Assembly: GCA_965112635.1 (NCBI GenBank)
Contig: OZ218778.1
Coordinates: forward strand, 320,001 to 384,000
Reading direction: 5' to 3'
Source: an uncultured bacterium
GTDB taxonomy: Bacteria; Oederibacteriota; Oederibacteriia; Oederibacteriales; Oederibacteriaceae
Length of the DNA: 64,000 nt
The position numbers were made by a program, and so were the translations under genes. How positions within the stretch are numbered: position 1 is the stretch's first letter; the number at the start of each line of letters is the position of its first letter. The notes under the pieces are model-generated. The model ran no database searches, was not told the DNA's origin, and saw only the letters and a list, made by a program, of their open reading frames with translations. Shown piece by piece: positions 59,111-64,000 of the stretch.

Positions 59111-60304
59111 CTAATCTTCATCAATCCCTTCGGTCGCCAACCTACCTGGCATTTTTTTATGACCCTGAAGATACGGTAAAAATAAAAAGTTGGCGATAAG
59201 CGTGGGGATTACGGCGCTGCCAATGACCGTGGCTACCAGGAACGAGTACTGCTCCTGGGTAACAATACCGTGCGAGAAGCCATATAGGGCCGAGATGGTC
59301 CCAAAGGTAAGACCCGTGGACATCATCAGCGTGTAATACCAGGTTTCTGCTTTCACTTTTCTGAAAATTCTGATCACAGGATACAGGCCGAATATTTTGG
59401 AGATCACCTTAGCGCTAAAAAGCGCCACTAGCACGATTGGTGCACCGGCCAAAGCAATGATGGAGACCAGCGAGCCAGCCCGGATAAAATAGAACGGTGT
59501 GAAAAATCCGACCGTAAGCATACGGAACCTCTCCACCCACTGGTGTTCCTTATAGGCAAACTCAGCCAAAAGCATGCCTGCGATATACGCTGGTAAAACC
59601 GCTTCGCTCCCAGACCAGACCGCAAGCGCACCCAGGCCAAAAAGCACCAGGATGACCCATTTGGATCGGATGGAGGCGGTTTTGTTTCCGTAAATCTTTG
59701 TCAGGAAAGAAGTAACCGCTGGAAACAACGCCAGGATAATCACGCTCGCAATGATAAAAATAACGGTTTTGTAGTCAAAGGGGGCGAAAATAAGTCCGAG
59801 GGCAATGACCGTGCCCAGGTCATTGATAAAACAGGCTCCCAGGATGCCTTTGCCGAACTCGGTTTTGTTAAAACCCGTCTCCAGCATAACCGCGTAAACC
59901 ACCGCCATGGAAGTGGTGGACAGGGCGATACCCGCCAGCCAGCTCGCCCGCGGGTCCCAATGGAGGATAAACCTGGCTAAGGTGGCGCATCCCAGAAAAG
60001 GAGCCAGGAACCCGATCAGGCCCACGATGACGACCTCTTTCCACTTGGAACGCATGACCTTGTGGTCCAGTTCCGCCCCGGCCAAAAAGGTGAGCAAAAC
60101 CGAGCCTGCCGAGGCGATAAAACGCAGCCACTCAAAATTGTTCCCGAAAGCGTTGGGCCCGCAATAATATCCGATGATATTGGCGGCAATAACGCCGGCG
60201 CATATTTCCACTAGCGCGATGGATATCTTGAAATGGTGCGCAATGATAGCTGACACCACGGCCAACCCCAGCCATAAAGCGGCGATAGTATAAATTTGTT
60301 CCAT
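59111..60304 (-). CDS. Cation:proton antiporter (CPA2 family), under a fluoride riboswitch
   Basis: ~12 TM segments, FLAGAEL, ALSTTS, FINDLG. Confidence 0.88.
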   Translation of the reverse strand: MEQIYTIAALWLGLAVVSAIIAHHFKISIALVEICAGVIAANIIGYYCGPNAFGNNFEWLRFIASAGSVLLTFLAGAELDHKVMRSKWKEVVIVGLIGFLAPFLGCATLARFILHWDPRASWLAGIALSTTSMAVVYAVMLETGFNKTEFGKGILGACFINDLGTVIALGLIFAPFDYKTVIFIIASVIILALFPAVTSFLTKIYGNKTASIRSKWVILVLFGLGALAVWSGSEAVLPAYIAGMLLAEFAYKEHQWVERFRMLTVGFFTPFYFIRAGSLVSIIALAGAPIVLVALFSAKVISKIFGLYPVIRIFRKVKAETWYYTLMMSTGLTFGTISALYGFSHGIVTQEQYSFLVATVIGSAVIPTLIANFLFLPYLQGHKKMPGRLATEGIDED

Positions 60305-60347
60305 ATTTCCCCTTTTAAAAATAGATTTCTTATGTGAAGCTCCAAAT

Positions 60348-60426
60348 AAAAAAAACTCCTACCATTTCTAGTAGAAGTTATTAACCTTGGTATGCAAGGT
60401 GGTTATGCGGCGAACTTCATCGCCTT
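60348..60426 (-). ncRNA. Fluoride (crcB) riboswitch with terminator expression platform
   Basis: GGCGATGAAGTTCGCC-GCATAACC-ACCTTG..CAAGGT-TAATAACTTCTAC, followed by TAGAAATGGTAGGAGTTTTTTTT. Confidence 0.9.
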
Positions 60427-60498
60427 TATTCTTTTAGGTAACACTATCATGTAATTTTTGTTAGTCAACAAAATCCATTCAAACCAACCGCTCAAAAT

Positions 60499-61068
60499 CT
60501 ACTTTATTGCCACACATCCGTGGGCATTTTTGAGGTTTAACTTTTCTCCGAGCTTAAACCCGCAGGATTGGGCGTCCTGCAAGCTCTCCTCAAACTCTTT
60601 TACCTGGACCACATGGGAAGGTTCGACCAATATCATCAGTCCGTTATTTTTAAGGCTGGCATAGACCTCAACCAAAGCTTTTTTACGATCAGGCATTTCA
60701 TGGAGAACAAATAATGCTAGGACAGCATCAAAAGTTCCGGCTAATTCCGGGATACCCAAACTGTCCGGCTGGCATTTCCTGACCTCAACCTGGCCGGACA
60801 ATCCTTTTTTGGAGACCCTTTTCTGCAAGGCTTTGAGCATATTGTCCTGGATATCCAGGGCATAAACCTTGCCTATTTCCCCCACCATTTTGCCAAGCGA
60901 AATAGTGAAAAACCCCATGCCCGGGCCTATTTCCAAGACACGCATGCCTGGTTTGATGAACCGGGCTAGAACTTTCTCCGGGTTAATGTTTAATCTGCGC
61001 AATGGATTGGTCAGCCAGAACCCCATCCACCAGGGAAAAACTCGGTGGTGATGTTTGTGCTCAGCCAT
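60499..61068 (-). CDS. Class I SAM-dependent methyltransferase
   Basis: VLEIGPGMGFFT, VYALDIQ, FDAV..FVLHE. Confidence 0.88.
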   Translation of the reverse strand: MAEHKHHHRVFPWWMGFWLTNPLRRLNINPEKVLARFIKPGMRVLEIGPGMGFFTISLGKMVGEIGKVYALDIQDNMLKALQKRVSKKGLSGQVEVRKCQPDSLGIPELAGTFDAVLALFVLHEMPDRKKALVEVYASLKNNGLMILVEPSHVVQVKEFEESLQDAQSCGFKLGEKLNLKNAHGCVAIK

Positions 61069-61107
61069 ATTTCCCCTTCCTGGTTTTTTATTAATCTGGA
61101 TGGTCTC

Positions 61108-61494
61108 TCAATGATAATTAAAAATTATTTGGGGTGTATTGGTCAGGGTATGGTGGATGGTGCATCCCTCAGCCGCGGCCTTGGCGACCTTTTTTGCTTG
61201 TTCCGGCAGACCGGCCGGCAAGTAAACTTCCACCATCAGCTTGCCGATACGATGGGGATTTTCAGCGTTTTCGCCTTTGACCTCGACCTTCAATCCCTTG
61301 CAGTCATATTTTTTCCTGAGCAGGTACTGGGACACAAAATAACCCACGCAGGCCGCATAAGAAGCGGCAAAATAATCCACCGGCGAAGGGTGGCAATCCT
61401 CTTCCCTGCCCTGGCACTGGCTGGTCATAAATTTCTTACCCTTGGTTTCCAATTCCAACTGGTCATCTTTTATCCATAACGCTGTAGCCTGCAT
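61108..61494 (-). CDS. OsmC/YhfA family protein
   Basis: PSPVDYFAASYAAC...GCTIHHTL. Confidence 0.8.
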   Translation of the reverse strand: MQATALWIKDDQLELETKGKKFMTSQCQGREEDCHPSPVDYFAASYAACVGYFVSQYLLRKKYDCKGLKVEVKGENAENPHRIGKLMVEVYLPAGLPEQAKKVAKAAAEGCTIHHTLTNTPQIIFNYH

Positions 61495-61534
61495 AATGAA
61501 CTCCTCCAGGGATATTTGGAAAGCGGTAAAGGAT

Positions 61535-61960
61535 TTACTGGACCTGCCAGCTTTGCGGGGTATATTCCATCAACTCGATGGCATTACCATCCGGGTCTTT
61601 GAGCCAGGCCTGCTTGGAATGGTCCATACCTACCCGGATGTTATCCACGGCCACGCTTTTGGCCTGCAATGCCACGACGACCTGCTCCAGGTTATTGACC
61701 TCTAGGCAAAAATGTTGGTAATGGGGGTTACCTTCGGTGGCCAGAGGGGTATGGTCGCCTCCCCAGACCTCGGTGGCGCCCTTGTTGTCGAATATTTCCA
61801 GGAAACTCATGTTCCCCAGCTCAAAATAATATCCGAACACCTTGCCTTTATCGGATTTAAAGTCAAATTTCACTTTCAAGCCCAGGGTATCTTTATAAAA
61901 CTCCACCATTTTTTGCATCTGGTCCGTGCGAAAACAAATATGTCCCAGCCGTTTGATCAC
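61535..61960 (-). CDS. VOC/glyoxalase family protein
   Basis: LGHICF..FY..LG, HFCLEV, DPDGNAIELM. Confidence 0.88.
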   Translation of the reverse strand: MIKRLGHICFRTDQMQKMVEFYKDTLGLKVKFDFKSDKGKVFGYYFELGNMSFLEIFDNKGATEVWGGDHTPLATEGNPHYQHFCLEVNNLEQVVVALQAKSVAVDNIRVGMDHSKQAWLKDPDGNAIELMEYTPQSWQVQ

Positions 61961-61988
61961 TTGGTCCTCCTCTTAATGGGCTAAAAGT

Positions 61989-62573
61989 TCACCTTACAAG
62001 GTCGCAGGCATCGCCCGGCATCCAATGGGCGTCCTTGCCTTCCCATTTGACGTTGCAGCCGATAGGGTTGGTCAGTTTGATGCTGACGGGTTTTCCGGAG
62101 GTATGTTCCTCCAGCACCCTGTCCAGGTCATTGACCGTCATTTTGCTGGTCTCCTTGGGATTGTCCACGCCCCTGCCGGTGTAGATGAGCTTGCGGTCAG
62201 CGTCAAAAACATAAAAGTGCGGGGTCCTGAGAGCCCCGTAAGCGCGGGCGATATCCTGGGACTGGTCGTACAGGTAAACCCAGGGAAATTTGTTCTGCCG
62301 CATTCGCTCCTTCATCCCCTCAAAACTATCCTCAGCGTGCGTGTGCTCGCTGTTGGAGTTGATAGCCACAAAGGTCACGCCTTTTTTCATATATTTCTCC
62401 GCTGTTTTCCGGGTTACCTCGTCCGACCCGATGACATAAGGGCAGTGGTTGCAGGTAAAGAACACGACCAGCGTGTTGGCATTCTTAAAATCCTCCAGCT
62501 TGTATTTTTTTCCGTCCGTGGCCGACAGAATAAAATCAGGTGCTTTTGCTCCGATCTCAAGGGTAAATGGCAT
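61989..62573 (-). CDS. Thioredoxin-fold AhpC/TSA family protein
   Basis: [35 protein letters not shown]. Confidence 0.9.
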   Translation of the reverse strand: MPFTLEIGAKAPDFILSATDGKKYKLEDFKNANTLVVFFTCNHCPYVIGSDEVTRKTAEKYMKKGVTFVAINSNSEHTHAEDSFEGMKERMRQNKFPWVYLYDQSQDIARAYGALRTPHFYVFDADRKLIYTGRGVDNPKETSKMTVNDLDRVLEEHTSGKPVSIKLTNPIGCNVKWEGKDAHWMPGDACDLVR

Positions 62574-62660
62574 ATTCTGGCTCCTTCTTAATGGATTTTT
62601 TAAACCTGATAAATATTATACACGACCTCGTTCGCAGCTTGAACAGAAAAACCAGCATCC

Positions 62661-63173
62661 CTAATAGGCCAGCAACCTTCTGGCCCCAAAGTAAACTTTT
62701 TTCCAATAGCTGTTGCTCAGCTTGTCCATACGGACGGCTTTACCTGTCGAGGGCGAATGAATAAAATGGCTTGACCCGGTCATCAATCCTACATGGGTAG
62801 GCCCTGAACCGGAAATAGCGAAGAACACCAAATCCCCATCCCTGAGGTCTTTCTGATCCACGGGAACGCCAGTCTGATACTGGTCCAAAGCCTCGCGCGG
62901 CAAGTCCAGTCCTATTTTTTTAAAAACATGCTGGGTGAAACCGGAGCAGTCAAACCCTTCGCCGTCTTGTCCGGTCCCGCCGTACTGGTACTTGGTCCCG
63001 ATCAGGGTTTTGGCATAGCTGACCATCCCATCCACTTGATGTTTATCCCTGGGAAAAGTACGACTGGATAAAGGCCCTTTGAGTCCTTGGGGGCTTCCGC
63101 ACCCGTATAACAGGATGGCAATTAAGTAAACACCCAAGAGGATTGGGTATCTTGCCGCTCGTGTTAGCATCAC
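62661..63173 (-). CDS. NlpC/P60 (C40) peptidoglycan peptidase lipoprotein
   Basis: Lipobox LYGC; YQYGG, FDCSGF, GDLVFF, HVG, FIHSP. Confidence 0.92.
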   Translation of the reverse strand: MMLTRAARYPILLGVYLIAILLYGCGSPQGLKGPLSSRTFPRDKHQVDGMVSYAKTLIGTKYQYGGTGQDGEGFDCSGFTQHVFKKIGLDLPREALDQYQTGVPVDQKDLRDGDLVFFAISGSGPTHVGLMTGSSHFIHSPSTGKAVRMDKLSNSYWKKVYFGARRLLAY

Positions 63174-63793
63174 TTCCCTATCAGGACCACATGGCCTTCG
63201 GAGAACAGGTTGGGTAATAAGACCCTCTCTTTGTATTTGCCGCCCACGATATGCAGCTGCTTTAGGATCTTAAAATTACGGGCCCTGCAGAAATCCTTGA
63301 AGTCCTTGAATGTGGACATATGGATGTTGGGTGTGTTGTACCACTCAAAAGGCAGTTTGGAGGACTTGGGCATCCGACCGGTCAGGAACAGCTTGAGTCG
63401 CAGGATGAAGTTCCCGAAATTGGGGAAGCTCACGATGGCGTGTTTGCCGATGCGCAGGATCTCCTCGATAAGGTTGTCGGGCCGCTGAAGCTGATGGATG
63501 GTCTGGCTCACGATGACATAATCGAACGATCCGCTTTCAAAATCGTCCAGCGACTCGTCCAGGTCCATCTGCAACACGGGGATGCCCTTTTTGACGCAGG
63601 ACGCGATTTCTTCAAAATCAATGTCCACGCCCATGGCCCTGGCCTTCTTCCGGCGGATAAGATAGTCCAGCAGGCTCCCTTCACCACAGCCCAGGTCCAG
63701 GACGCTGCTCCCCTCCTCGATCCAGCCGGCGATCACGGCCAAGTCGGCACGGTTCTCAATGGTCGGCAGTAAATTTTCAGTTTGATCGGTCAT
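63170..63793 (-). CDS. metW: Methionine biosynthesis protein MetW
   Basis: VLDLGCGEG, VSFPNFG, WYNTPNIH; overlaps metX. Confidence 0.93.
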   Translation of the reverse strand: MTDQTENLLPTIENRADLAVIAGWIEEGSSVLDLGCGEGSLLDYLIRRKKARAMGVDIDFEEIASCVKKGIPVLQMDLDESLDDFESGSFDYVIVSQTIHQLQRPDNLIEEILRIGKHAIVSFPNFGNFILRLKLFLTGRMPKSSKLPFEWYNTPNIHMSTFKDFKDFCRARNFKILKQLHIVGGKYKERVLLPNLFSEGHVVLIGK

Positions 63794-64000
63794 GATTTTT
63801 TCACCTTGTTATAAGTGGCGTCAATGAACAGCTTGATGATCTTCCCTTCCGTGTCCAGTTCCAGCAAAAAAGCGTCGTGTCCGTAGGAAGAGTCGATGTT
63901 GATATAAGTCACGTCCTTTTGGTTCTTGATGAGCGCATCCACTACCTCAACGGAGTGGTAAGGCGCAAACAGCCAGTCCGAGGAAAAGGACACCACCAGC
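63790..64000 (-). CDS. metX: Homoserine O-acetyltransferase, C-terminal part (5'-truncated)
   Basis: SFSSDWLF...SSYGHDAFLLE; metX-metW synteny. Confidence 0.88.
   Translation of the reverse strand, partial: LVVSFSSDWLFAPYHSVEVVDALIKNQKDVTYINIDSSYGHDAFLLELDTEGKIIKLFIDATYNKVKKS

Overview
64-kb bacterial chromosomal window; almost all genes are on the - strand except three large secreted-protein genes. The organism appears to be a diderm, non-Bacteroidota lineage: it has a PilQ secretin, MglA/MglB, a long-NCR RpoD, a PorV-like barrel and Thr-rich proteins with YPNP C-termini. This resembles FCPU426/Goldbacteria/Elusimicrobia-type genomes, which is inference only. Left part: a partial GT-C-like membrane protein, a URO-D family gene, tRNA-Ile2(CAT) with a tandem hairpin array and a MITE-like palindrome upstream, a six-gene mglA/roadblock/membrane operon, and an FG-GAP cargo plus PorV-like pair. 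Middle: glycine cleavage genes with lipM, hinT-rpsU-dnaG-rpoD, and a type IV pilus/shikimate supercluster (frameshifted aroB and pilD; no pilB or pilA), part of which lies in an AT-rich trough. Right part: tatAC; a DUF362/polyferredoxin pair whose 3' end is duplicated around a PIN toxin-antitoxin mini-island; three T9SS-CTD-like secreted proteins with relic CTD copies between them; a fluoride riboswitch with its antiporter; small redox genes; metW and partial metX. The best candidates for undescribed biology are (i) a T9SS-like, CTD-sorted surface-protein system with evidence of C-terminal module shuffling, (ii) the membrane-coupled MglA/MglB operon, and (iii) the covarying hairpin array upstream of the tRNA. 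All family assignments come from motif recognition by eye; no database search was run.
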